A stretch of DNA of 64,000 bases from Octopus sinensis. Taxonomy: Eukaryota. The stretch spans positions 30,938,001 to 31,002,000 of the forward strand of contig NC_042997.1 of NCBI RefSeq assembly GCF_006345805.1. The letters run 5' to 3'. Under the pieces are notes generated by a model. That model did no database searches. It saw nothing but the letters and a program-made list of their open reading frames with translations, and had not been told where the DNA came from. Within the stretch, counting starts at the first letter, position 1; each line of letters opens with the position of its first letter. Both the position numbers and the translations under genes were made by a program. Of this stretch, positions 12,865-25,500 are shown piece after piece.

Positions 12865-13324
12865 CACTCTCTCTCTCTCTCTCTCCCTCTCTTTCTCTCT
12901 CTCTCCCTCTTCTCTCTCTCTCCCTCTCTCTCTCTCTTTCTCTCCCTCTTTCTCTCTCTCTCTCCCTCTTTCTCTCTCTCTCCCTCTTTCTTTCTCTCTC
13001 TCTCTCTCTCCCTCTTTCTCTCCTCTCCCTCTTTCTTTCTCTCTCTCTCTCCCTCTTTCTCTCTCTCTCTCCCTCTTTCTCTCTCTCCCTCTTTCTCTCT
13101 CTCCCTCTCTCTCTCTCTCCCTCTTTCTCTCTCTCCCTCTTTCTTTCTCTCTCTCCCTCTTTCTTTCTCTCTCTCCCTCTTTCTCTCTCTCTCCCTCTTT
13201 CTTTCTCTCTCTCCCTCTTTCTTTCTCTCTCTCCCTCTTTCTTTCTCTCTCCCCGCTTTCCTTTCTCTCCTCTCCCTTTCCTATCTCTCTCTCCCTCTTT
13301 CTTTCTCTCTCTCTCTCCCTTTCC

Positions 13325-13366
<42 letters not shown>

Positions 13367-13370
13367 TGTA
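12865..13370. repeat. Polypyrimidine (CT)n/(CTTT)-type tract of about 480 bp, followed by (CA)n
   Basis: Directly visible; explains ORFs 12808..13446 and 12856..13383. Confidence 0.97.
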
Positions 13371-13908
13371 TATATACATACATATGTTGTTTATGTCATT
13401 TATTTTTTTAGAGACTTTAAGAGAATGTGAAATCATTTGTTTTTAGGTGCAGAACTTGAAGTAGGCTAAACTATAAATAATATAAATTCCTTCTTTATTT
13501 ACTGACACTCTGTCTGTTGGTTATGATGATACATGTTCCAGTTAATTTGACTACTGGAATCGTTTGCTTGTGAAATGAATGTGCAAATGGTTGAGCACTC
13601 CACAGATGCACATACCCTAAACAGTGTGGTCCTTCGAAATATAGGTGTAACTTATTTTTGCCAGCTGAGTGGACTGGAGCAGTGGGTAATAAAGTGTCTT
13701 GCTCAAAGACACAATACATTGCCAGGAATTGAACTCATGACGTTATGATCATAAGCTGAATACCTAATCACTAAGCCACATGCTTTCACATATAAATCCC
13801 TATATAAGTAAATAGCACACCAAAAATTTTTTAACGTAATATTTACATGCTATTAGTTGTAGCTTGATATACTTTGAGTTCTACAGCTAGAAATTATATA
13901 TATATAAA

Positions 13909-14307
13909 TTTTTATATATAAAGCTGAAGTTGTGTGTGTGTGTGGCAAGTTTGGTAGCCTTTAACTAACACTATCTCCTCTGAGACCCTGCGGTGCAAGT
14001 CAACCAAATTTGAGAGTATGATAGAAGAAGGTTTGCTCTTCATTCTGTAGAAGAAAAAATTCAAATCGGACCATGTTAAGACCAAAAATTATTTACATAA
14101 CAAAGGTGCTTTTTTTTCTATGAAAATCCCTATTTTTTATGATTTTTTGACTGCTGTGTTGCCGTTTTTCGGTGTATTTCAACCAGAAAAATGTTCACTT
14201 AAAGAGAATAACAAGCTACTTAATGCAAAATTTTTACTTTTCAAAAATTCCAATTCTGAAGGGTTGAAAAGAAAACAAACCCGAGCAATGCCGGGCGATA
14301 CTGCTAG
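13909..14307 (+). mobile_element. Non-autonomous Helitron
   Basis: Near-identical to 27019-27411; 3' hairpin cccgagcaatgccggg then gatactgCTAG followed by T; 5' end degenerate. Confidence 0.8.
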
Positions 14308-15693
14308 TATATATATATATATATATATGCTTTTATATAAGGTTATTTGAGTTAGAGGTCAAAATAACTGTCTGAGAGATAGAAGTACTCATTACACTAC
14401 CAGTATATTACCTGTATTTCACCATGGATGTACATATGCAAACATATTATACTCATAAGTTATAGGTAAAGACAAGGATAAACATGGGTCTACCAAGCAT
14501 CGAAATTTTAATAAAACAGGAAAATGGATAAGTACTGATTAACAACAATGGACTTACAACAATTATTATTTATTAATTCAATGCAAATAGACTGCATTCC
14601 ATCTAACAGCTGTTTCTGCTTCCAGTGTTATATGGTATTGCCATTGATACTCAAAATATGTAAACTATTAATCATATTTGGTAATAAAACCGATCTGAAA
14701 CAAGGAGCTTCATCATATTTGCATATGCTTGTATAGTCACCTAGTCACCTGCCACTCTAACAGACACACTAGTCAAATTAACAACATCCTCACCAGATAA
14801 AGGGAAAGATGGCTGCTTATAAAAAGATTCGAGTGAGGTTGTTGCCAGTACCACCTGACTGGCCCCCGTGCTGGTGGCACATAAAAGCATCCACTACACT
14901 CTTGGAGTGGTTGGCATTATGAAGGGCATCCAGCTGTAGAAACTCTGCCAGATTAGACTGGAGCCTGGTGCAGCCATCTGGTTCGGTAGCCCTCAGTCAA
15001 ATTGTCCAACCCATGCTAGCATGGAAAGCGGATGTTAAACGATGGGGATGATGATGATATATATATATATATATATATGTATGTATACATATTTATGTCT
15101 GAAGCTACAAAAGTTACTTAAGCACCTAAAGTTTTGTGTTATTACATATATCAAACTAGAATCTAGTTTCTGGTTTGATAAGTGTTGATGCACAAAACTC
15201 TAGGCCTTCTTGTAACTAATGTAGCTTCACAAATAATAAATAAACAACTTTTCATCCTCTGACATTAGTGCCCCTCCTCAAATCTTCCTGCCCCCTCACA
15301 TAATCCTTGTCTTGCGAGTTACTTGATGACCCTGACAGCGCTGGTGCCACGTTAAAAGCATGCAGTCCACACTATAATGCGGTTGGTATTTGGAAGAACA
15401 TTGAGCTGTAAAAATCATGCCACATAAAAAGTACCAAGTTCACTGTGTAGAGTGGTTGGTGTTAGGAAGGGCATCCAACAGTAAAAACCCTGCCAAAACA
15501 GACACTATAGCATAGGGTAGTTTTTCTACCTGGCCAGCTCCTGTGAACCACCCTACCTATGCATGCATAGAAGATGGACGTTAAACGACAATAGTGATGA
15601 TAATGGTAATGTACTCTATTTCACATACTGAGTTCTAATTCTTTAATTTGTATTGTGCAAACTTGGTATATGTTTGTGTGTGCATGCATATAT

Positions 15694-16045
15694 ATCATCA
15701 TCATTATTTAACGTCCGCTTTCCATGCTAGCATGGGTTGGACGATTTGACTGAGGACTGGCGAACCAGATGGCTGCGCCAGGTTCCAATCTGATCTGGCA
15801 CTGTTTCTACAGCTGGATTCCCTTCCTAATGCCAACCGCTCCGAGAGTGTAATGGGTGCTTTTTATGTACCACCGACACGAGGGCCAGTCTGGCGGTACT
15901 GACAATGGCCATGCTCAAAAATGGTGTTTTTTTTACGTGCCACCTGCACAGGAATCAGTCCAGCGGCACTGGCAATGAGCTTGCTTGAATGTTTTTTCAT
16001 GTGCCTCAGGCACAAGCACCAGTAAGGCGACGCTGGTAACGATCA
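15694..16045 (-). mobile_element. Family C copy (degenerate + copies at 14830-15058 and 15300-15600)
   Basis: Consensus match with (ATC)n at the left end. Confidence 0.8.
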
Positions 16046-16048
16046 CTG

Positions 16049-16085
<37 letters not shown>

Positions 16086-16091
16086 TATATT

Positions 16092-16185
16092 GAGGGTACT
16101 ACTATTCGTAGATACCATACGCTAAGAGGGACCAATACGCATTGGTCCCTCTTAGCGTATGGTATCTACGAATAGTAGTACCCTC
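16092..16185. repeat. Perfect inverted repeat: 45-bp arms, 4-nt loop, in a (TA)n tract
   Basis: 16092-16136 is the exact reverse complement of 16141-16185; loop ACGC. Confidence 0.97.
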
Positions 16186-16307
16186 TATATAATATAAATA
16201 AATATTTTCAAAGTGGAAAAATTTATGGATTTTTTTCTCTTACGAGGTTTTTCATGCTAACTACTGATAATTTCTTTTAAAGATTTTATCCTCAATTGTT
16301 ATATATA

Positions 16308-16347
<40 letters not shown>

Positions 16348-16437
16348 CCTTAAAAATTATATAAATTAATATTCTTGTTGTGACTGTATTTTTTTTTCTG
16401 TTTTGTTTTACAGGGTTAAGTGTCAAAAGAAGGGAAA

Positions 16438-16589
16438 ATGATTCATTACAGTTGCATCTGTAGGGGAGAGACGATTCTGTGCTCGCAGCTCAAAACGACG
16501 TCAATGCAAAACTTTGAAAATGTTGTTGCCGACATGCTGCCTAATATCCCAACACACCAAAACAAGTCAATGACATACACATCAGATAA
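16438..16589 (+). CDS. VAMP7: VAMP7-like coding exon 1 (longin N-terminal half); exon starts at 16414 with 24 nt of 5' UTR
   Basis: Acceptor ttttgttttacag ends 16413; ATG 16438; donor gtaagt 16590; phase 2. MIHYSCICRGETIL aligns by eye to VAMP7 MAILFAVVARGTTIL, and KSMTYTSD to KLTYSHG. Confidence 0.9.
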
Positions 16590-19500
16590 GTAAGTAGCAA
16601 CAAATATAGATATATACAAGTGAGTCTTGTTTGTGTATGTGTATGTATTTATGTGCGCATGTGTGTGTGTTAGGAAGGGCATCCAGCCATAGAAACCATG
16701 CTAAAACAGACATGGAGCCTGAACAGCCCTTCAGCTGATCAGCTCCTGTCAAACCGTCAAGCCCATGTCAGCATGGAAAATGGACATTATTTACATTCGA
16801 CGGATATTTGTCCTCATCTTGTTTGTTGTTAACAGCAAACAAGATGAGGACAAATATCCGTTGAATGTAAATAATGTACATAATTCCTTGTCTCTTAAAT
16901 ATAGCACTGTATTATGGAAAATGGACATTAAATGATGATGATGATGATCATCATGATCATGATCATCATCATCGTTTAACGCCCGTTTTCCATGCTTAGC
17001 ATGGGTTGGACGGTTCGACTGGGGTCTGGGAAGCCAGGAGGCTGCACCAGGCTCTAGTCTGATCTGGCAGTGTTTCTACAGCTGGATGCCCTTCCTAACG
17101 CCAACCACTTCATGAGTGTAGTGGGTGCTTTTTACGTGCCACCGGCACAGAGGCCAGAGGATGCTGGCAAACGGCCACGATCGGTTGGAGCTTTTATGTG
17201 TCACCGACACGGACGCCACTCAGGCGGTGCTGGCATCTGCCACGTTCGGACGGTGCTTTTTTACGTGATATATCTATCTATTTCTAGCAATGCTGGTGCT
17301 GACTTGCATGCTTAGTCACTTTTAGTGGTAATTGTATTTGTGCCTTTTGGTTTTAAATTGCATTTAGCCACTTTAATAATTTTATACACATACACATAGG
17401 CACAGGAGTGGCTGTGTGGTAAGTAGCTTGCTAACCAACCACATGGTTCCAGGTTCAGTCCCACTGCGTGGCATCTTGGGCAAGTGTCTTCTGCTATAGC
17501 CCCAGGCCGACCAATGCCTTGTTAGTGGATTTGGTAGACGGAAACTGAAAGAAGCCTGTCGTATATATGTATATATATATATATGTGTGTGCGTGTGTTT
17601 GTGTGTCTGTGTTGGTCTCCCTAGCATTGCTTGACAACCGATGCTGGTGTGTTTGCGTCCCCGTCACTTAGCGGTTTGGCAAAAGAGACCGATAGAATAA
17701 GTACTGGGCTTACAAAGAATAAGTCCCGGGGTCGATTTGCTCGACTAAAGGCGGTGCTCCAGCATGGCCGCAGTCAAATGACTGAAACAAGTAAAAGAGT
17801 ATACACACACTCACACATGCACTATAAAAGCGTGTGAATAGAACTTCCAATCAATTAATGTCTTGTAATTCCCTCCTAATCTATTTGTTTAATTCTCCTG
17901 CTATTTGTCCAGATCCCCTCCTGGCTGTTTTGTCTAATTACTCAACCACTAATAGTGTGGTTGTCATTCTGCAGTTATTGAGACAGTTACATACCAACCA
18001 GTTATTAAAGCTCTGTTGACATAAAGTTGTTGTTTAGCTGCAGGTCAAAAACTTAACAAGCAGACCTATAATCAAAGTCATTTCAGTCATGCCGCTCCAG
18101 CTTTAATTTTTGTGGTACAGTGTTTTCCACCATATAAGTAAAACTTTTCACAGCAAAATTTAGAGTCAAAAAAGTTAGATTGAATTATATAAACAAGATG
18201 ACTTTGGAAGACGAAAACTTCCATGTGAGATACAACAGGATTTGGAAAGATAGCCATGATGTTTGAGTGCTTAGGCATGGCTGTGTGGTACAAAGCTTGC
18301 TTCCCAACCACATGGTTCTGAGTTCAATCCCACTGCATGACACCTTGGGCAAGTGTCTTCTACTATAGTCTCAGGTTAACCAAAGCCTTGTGAGTGGATT
18401 TGGTAGGCAGAAACTGAAAGAAGGCGGCGAGCTGGTAGAAACGTTAGCACGCCGGACGAGATGCTTAGCAGTACTTCGTCTGTCTTTACGTTCTGAGTTC
18501 AAATTCCGCCGAGGTCGACTTTGCCTTTCATCCTTTTGGGGTCGATAAATTAAGTACCAGTTACACACTGGGGTCGATGTAATCGACTTAATCCCTTTGT
18601 CTGTCCTTGTTTGTCCCCTATGTGTTTAGCCCCTTGTGGCAATAAAGAAATAAGAAACTGAAAGAAGCCCTTCATATATATATATATATATATGTATATC
18701 TATCTATCTATCTATATATATGTATGTGCATGTGTGTGGGGATGTCTTTGTGTCTGTGTTTGCCCCCCCCCCCGCCAACATCACTTGACAACTGGTGTTG
18801 GTATGTTTAAATCCCTGTAACTTAGTGATTTGGCAAAAGAAAGCAATAGAATAATTACCAAGCTTTAAGAAAAATAAAATATAAGTCCTAGGGTCGATTC
18901 ATTTGACTAACAATTCTTCAAGGCAGTGCCCCAGCATGGTCACAGTCTAATGACTGAAACAAATAAAAGATAAAAGATACTAGGAAAATATGGTAATCTA
19001 GTAATCCATACAAAATATCCAAAAAGTGGCTCATACTGAAATTGAAATAATGTAAGAAAATTTTAAATTTTAGAGTAAAGATTATTTGCCAATATAACAT
19101 GGCAGTTTCTGGTTTAGGACAAATGTTGCTGTAATTTAGCCCCAGGAGACATTGTCTCCAGCTGGCTATATGGCACAATCTGTTCCCTTATATTTTCGAA
19201 TAAGGACACAGATCGTGTTGTATAGCCAGCTGGAGATGATGTCTCCTGGGGCTAAATTACAGCAACATTTGTCCTAAACCAGGACTGCCATGTTATGTTG
19301 GCAAATACTCTTTACTCTTGAGTACTGTTGCTGAATATCTCTCATTGAGAGATTTATAAATAGTAATTTTCTATTTTGATTTTTATATTTAACTTTTTTT
19401 GCATGCCACGTATTCATCTCATCAATGGTAGCAGGGATAGAAATATTGTTTTACAGCCAGATATTCTTCCTACTTTGATATTCTTCCTACTTTGATATTC

Positions 19501-22500
19501 TTCCTACAATAACTTTCTATTTTAAAGAATTTTGTGTTGTGATTTGAGAAAAAAGAATCATTTTTAGCATGTTGAACTACAGTAGAGAGACATTTTTTGG
19601 TTTAATTGGCTTAACCCCTTAGCATTTAAACTGGCCCTATCCAGCCAAAATATTCCACCTGTTTTATGTTCAATCTGGCTAGATCCAGCTTCTCACACTT
19701 ACCCTACAATCACATTCTAAAAATATACTATCTCATCATTGAAACCTCGAAGCTACATGGTAATGCATGATTAAATCAAAGTAATGTGAACAAATAAGCA
19801 TTGTATATGACAGACTAATCTGAATACTAAAGGGTTAGTTTGTGAACTGTGATTGTAACATGAGGAGGAACACAGCATAATATAATGTGTAGTGATGCCA
19901 TTTTGGAAGTTTTCAGCGTGCATGCACAGAGTTGGATTTCTTCCAGGGGGCCGCCGGAAGTTCCCTCATGCGCATGTGCAGAGAACTAGCAACAGCGAGA
20001 TTTCCTGCTGTATCGATCTCTCTCGAAGCAGACACCGAATTGAACAGATGTGTTATCAAAGCTCTACCAAGGAAGCCACCACATGGCGAAGCTACACTAT
20101 GCTGGAACGAAACAGGATTTGGTTCACACCATTTAACCACAGTGACTAGCTCCCAATGGCTACCGGTTCACCCTGAAGGAAATATATGTATATATATTAT
20201 TGCGAATCCAGAAAAATAAATATTTATATTTCTTTACTACCCACGAGGGGCTAAACACAGAGGGGACAAACAAGGACAGACAAAGGGATTTAGTCGATTA
20301 GATCGACCCCAGTGCGTAACTGGTACTTAATTTATCGACCCCGAAAGGATGAAAGGCAAAGTCGACCTCGGCAGAATTTGAACTCAGAACGTAACGGCAG
20401 ACGAAATACGGCTATGCATCTTGCCCGGCGTGCTAACGTTTCTGCCAGCTCGCCGCCTTTATAAATATTATTTATGCTGTTGAAGACATTCGAAGTCTTG
20501 GTTTTCCTTCGACAAATAATTTAATGCAACAGAATGAGACCTACACCCCGCAAGTGTTCCAGACCTTTAATCCTTGTTACAAATGCATCTTTTGTAGGTT
20601 ATTGCTTTATTACCTTTATTTAGCCACTGAATACCAAATGCATGCCACTATTGTGAATACTTAAAGGACACCCTCCTCTTTTCCACTTTAGTTTATGTCA
20701 ATCCCTACATATAGGCGCAGGAGTGGCTGTGTGGTAAGTAGCTTGTTTACCAACCACATGGTTCCGGGTTCAGTCCCACTGCGTGGCACCTTGGGCAAGT
20801 GTCTTCTACTATAGCCTCGGGCTGACCAAAGCCTTGTGAGTGGATTTGGTAGACAGAAACTGAAAGAAGTCCGTCGTATATATGTATATATATATATGCG
20901 TGTTTGTGTGTCTGTGTTTGTCCCCCTAGCATTGCTTGACAACCGATGCTGGTGTGTTTATGTTCCCGTTACTTAGTGGTTTGGCAAAAGAGACTGATAG
21001 AATAAGTACTGGGCATACAAAAAAGAATAAGTTCCGGGGTCGATTTGCTCGATTAAAGGCGGTGCTCCAGCATGGCCGCAGTCAAATGACTGAAACAAGT
21101 AAAAGAGTAAAAAGAGAGATTACAAGTCTCCATTCTAGAACAAAACAGGATATCATCATTAACATTGTAAATATTGTTGTTATTGTTAGAAACTGGTATG
21201 ACCGAATATTTTAGGAACTATAAAGATATGTCAATTTATTTATTTAACTTTATTTTATTTTCATTTCTTTTCCAGTTACTCATTCCACTGTAAAGTAGAA
21301 AATGGCATTTTGTTTCTGTGTGTTGCAGACCCAAATATGGGAAAGCAAGGACCTCATTCATTCCTTTTAGAAGTAAGATTTCAATATATTATACATGTCT
21401 GTGTTTACTTATTAGTCTGTTTTATTCCATATCTTAACATTAAGCAAATAAAACAAATACTCACCTTTGTTAGAAAACATCTCAAGACTTGCTTTAAAAC
21501 AGTTTTGGTGTCTTATATGTAAAGTAAAAGAACCCCCTTTGGTCATGAATGACCATGGGATTGCACCAAGAAAGTTCCCTTCCGAGGCACTGTTTTATGG
21601 AAGACCAGCAATTGCCCATGCATACCAGCCTTCCCTCTTTACACCAGTAATGTCATCCAAGGGAAAGGCAAAGGCTGATAACAGCTTGGCACCAGTGACA
21701 TCGCAACTCATTTCTGCAGCTGAATGAACTGGAGTGACGTGAAGTAAAGTGTCTTGCTCAAGAACACAGCTCACAGCCTGGTCTGGGAATTGAGTCACTA
21801 CCTCTGTACCACTGAGCCATTATGAGATATTAAAATCTATTGATGAAATGATCTCAATGGTTCTCAGGCTGGTCATTAGCAACTTTTTGGGGGTATTATA
21901 TACTCATAAAAAGCAATAAATATAAAGGGGACACTATATATATGAGTGGTGGGACGATTTAGATTCAACATGATTTTTCTTAGAAATACACTGCTCAAAC
22001 CTGCACGTCTTCACAAATTATCTGTTAAGGTTGGAATATTGAATAAGATATTGCCTTATCTGTGAGCAAAAAACATGACTCATGATGTGCAAAAATTCAG
22101 TATAATTTCCTCTATAAATAAGGGACAGTAATCCTTGCAAAATGTCCAAAAAGAGGATCATACTGAAATTGGGATAATGTAAGAAAGTTTTAATTTTTAC
22201 ATTTAATTTTTTTTCGCATGCCATATATTCATTAGAAAGAACTGTGTATCACCATAGGAAAAGTGTCTTCTACAATAATATGAAGCTAATGTCTTGTGAG
22301 TAGACTTGACAGAAACTTTGCAGAAGGCCTGTGTGTGTGTGTGTGTGGTGTGTGTGTGTGTGTTTTCTTAAGGTTTGGGTATATTAGATAATTGCCTGGA
22401 AGTCTCATAACAATCGTTTCAGTAGTCGTCGACTCTGTTAGTTATGCGAACTGCGTTCTTTTTGTTATATTATGTTATATTATGAAGAGATTATATGAAT

Positions 22501-25500
22501 CTATTCGACATTCAGCCAAGCTAAATCAATGTTTTATTGCAAACCATTTTCCAAAAAAAAAAAACCCCAAAAAACTTGAGTTTACAAAGTTACCTCCCTT
22601 GTCTTGAATTGCTTCCCTTGCTCCATTTCAAACTGATTGCAGAATTCAATCCAACATTGTTCTCTGTACGGGTTGAGAATACGCTTCTCATGTGTTATAT
22701 CATATTAAATATTAGCAAATAACGGCAAGCAGCTTCCTTTGTTTAGCTGTAATGGTGTCTTGCAGTTTACTTAGGGCAGCTTTTTTCATGATTTCATTAC
22801 TTGTGGTGTTCTCACACTGGGTGATGATCTTCAGGATTTTTCTAAAGCACCAGCGATGGAAAACATTCGCAATATTGCAAATCCTCTCCGTCTACATGTA
22901 CGTTTTACTTGAATGCAATGCAGTCGAAATGGCAATAGATGCGTATAAATGAAGTTTAATCCCTTGGTAAACGAAAGAGCTATGACCGTATTAGTCATAT
23001 AATCACAGGAAAATCGGCATCACTTTGTCAACTGTACTCTTGATATCAATTTCTGCTTTTCCATTTGTGGCAGTATTACTGCACGTGGTGTGTGTGTGTG
23101 TGTGTGTGTTAAACACGTACATACATACATACGTACACATATATGCACACACACATATATGCACACCACACACACACAGAAACACACACGTATGACATTA
23201 AAATGAAAATGGAGAATCATACATCTACAATTTTTTTATTATTATTACATTCATAATTTATATATATATATATATATATAAATATAAATTAGAAAAAAAA
23301 CCTCCACCTTTTATCAATTCAATAATGAAAAATTTAAATTATACCATTCAGAAAAATTACATATTTTAGAAAGATTAAATATAAGATAAAATATATAACA
23401 ATGATTAAGTAATGCGCAAAATGATAAATAAAACATATACATTTGGTATATAAAGTTTGGAAAAATATTCCCTCATCATCATCATCATTTACCGTCCGTT
23501 TTCCGCGCTAGCATGGGTTGGACAGTTCGACCGGGGTCTGGGAAGCCAGGGGCTGCACCAGGCTCCGGTCTGATCTGGCAGTGCTTCTACAGCTGGATGC
23601 CCTTCGTAACGCCAACCACACCGCGAGTGTAGTGGGTGCTTTTTACGTGCCATCGGCACAGGTGCCAGGGGAGTCTGGCATCGGCCACGATCGGTTGGTG
23701 CTTTTAACGTGCCACCGGCACGGAAGCCAGTCAAGGTGGCACTGGCATCGGCCACGTTTGGATGGTGCTTTTTATGTGCCACCGGCACAGAAGCCAGCGG
23801 CACAGGTGCCAGGGGAGTCTGGCATCGGCCACGATCGGTTCGTGCTTTTAACGTGCCACCGGCACGGAAGCCAGTCAAGGTGACACTGGCATCGGCCACG
23901 TTTGGATGGTGCTTTTTATGTGCCACCGGCACAGAAGCCAGTCGAGGCGGCGCTGGCATCGGCCACAATCGGATGGTGCTTTTTATGTGCCACCAGCACA
24001 GAAGCCAGTCGAGGCGGCGCTGGCATCGGCCACGTTCGGATGGTGCTTTTTATGTGCCACCGGCACAGGTATCACAACTACTATTTCCATTGATATTTAT
24101 TTCGATGTTCATGTACTTGACTCAATAGGTCTCCCTCAATGTATATATATATATGTTTCTTGAACATCAATATTCTCTATTTGCTTCTTTTAAATAAATC
24201 AAATTTATTCTTTTCAATAGATCAAAAATACATTCCTGAATGGTCGCTTGGCAGCTCGGGCATCATCCGCCTTCAGTCATGAGTTTGATCGAGATTTTGG
24301 ACAAGTACTTCAAAGAGAAATGGTATTTCCAATTATCATAAATTGTCTTTTTATTTTTTTATTATTTTTTTTTTAATCTTTTGTATGATGACAAAAGAGT
24401 GATGACAGGGCACTGCTGCAGTACTGAAAAAAGGGAAATAATATATTTAATTTGTTCTGTAGTTCATTTTATGCCCCTTTTTTCTGTGACAGCACTGTTT
24501 GGACGAATATATTGTTGAGGCGCTGTCTTACAGCTGGATGTCCTTCCTCTCCTTGTCACTAACCCTTTCTTGTTTTTTCAAGTAAGGGCTCTCTTATTTC
24601 ATGTTTTCAAAGGTGGTAAGTGAGCAAATTGATTTGAAAACAGGAGAAATGATGATGACAATGCGAGCTTGTAGCTCATGATTTTAAATAATAATAATAA
24701 AAACATTGTGTACAGTGCTCAGGTGCACTACAACTCATCTAAAGTGTATATATAATAATTTCTACTCTAAGCACAAAGCCTGAAATTTTTTGGGAAGGGG
24801 ACTAGTCAATTATATTGACCCCAGTGCCTGACTGGTACTTATTTTATTGGCCCTGAAAAGATGAGAGGCAAAGTCGGCTTTGGCAGAATTTGAACTCAGA
24901 ACATGAAGAGCTAGTAGAAATTCCACTAAGCATTTTGCCCGACTTTTGCTGATAATATTGCAAGCTTGTTACCTTTATAATAATAATTGCTTCAAATTTA
25001 GATACAAAGCCATGAGGTTTTAGGCGGAGGTGTTAATTGATGACATTAACTCTAGTACTTGGCTTATTTTATTAACCTCGAAAGGATGAAAAGCAAAGCT
25101 GACCTTGGCATAATTTGAACTCTGAACATAGAGATGGATGAAATGCTGCTAAGCATTTTGCCAGCTTGCTGCTTTCTAATGATAATAATAATAATATCAT
25201 CATCATCATTTAACATCCGTTTTCCATGCTAGCATGGGTTGAACGATTTTGACTGAGGGCTGGCAACCAGATGGCTGAACCAGGCTCCAGTCTTGATCTG
25301 GCAGAGTTTCTACAGCTGGATGCCTTTCCTAATGCCAACCACTCCGAGAGTGTAGTGGGTACTTTTTACGTGCCACCTGCTTGGGGGCCAGTCAGGCGGT
25401 ACTGGCAATGACCGCGCTTGAATCTTTTTATACGTTCCACCGGCACAGGTGCCAGTGAAGCGACGTTGGTAACGATCATGCTCGAATGGTGCCCTTTTAC

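Noticed and set aside
23474-24068. Regularly spaced repeats that could be mistaken for a CRISPR array
   Set aside because: The units are degenerate tandem repeats with no unique spacers, lie inside a eukaryotic retroelement 3' UTR, and have no cas genes nearby.
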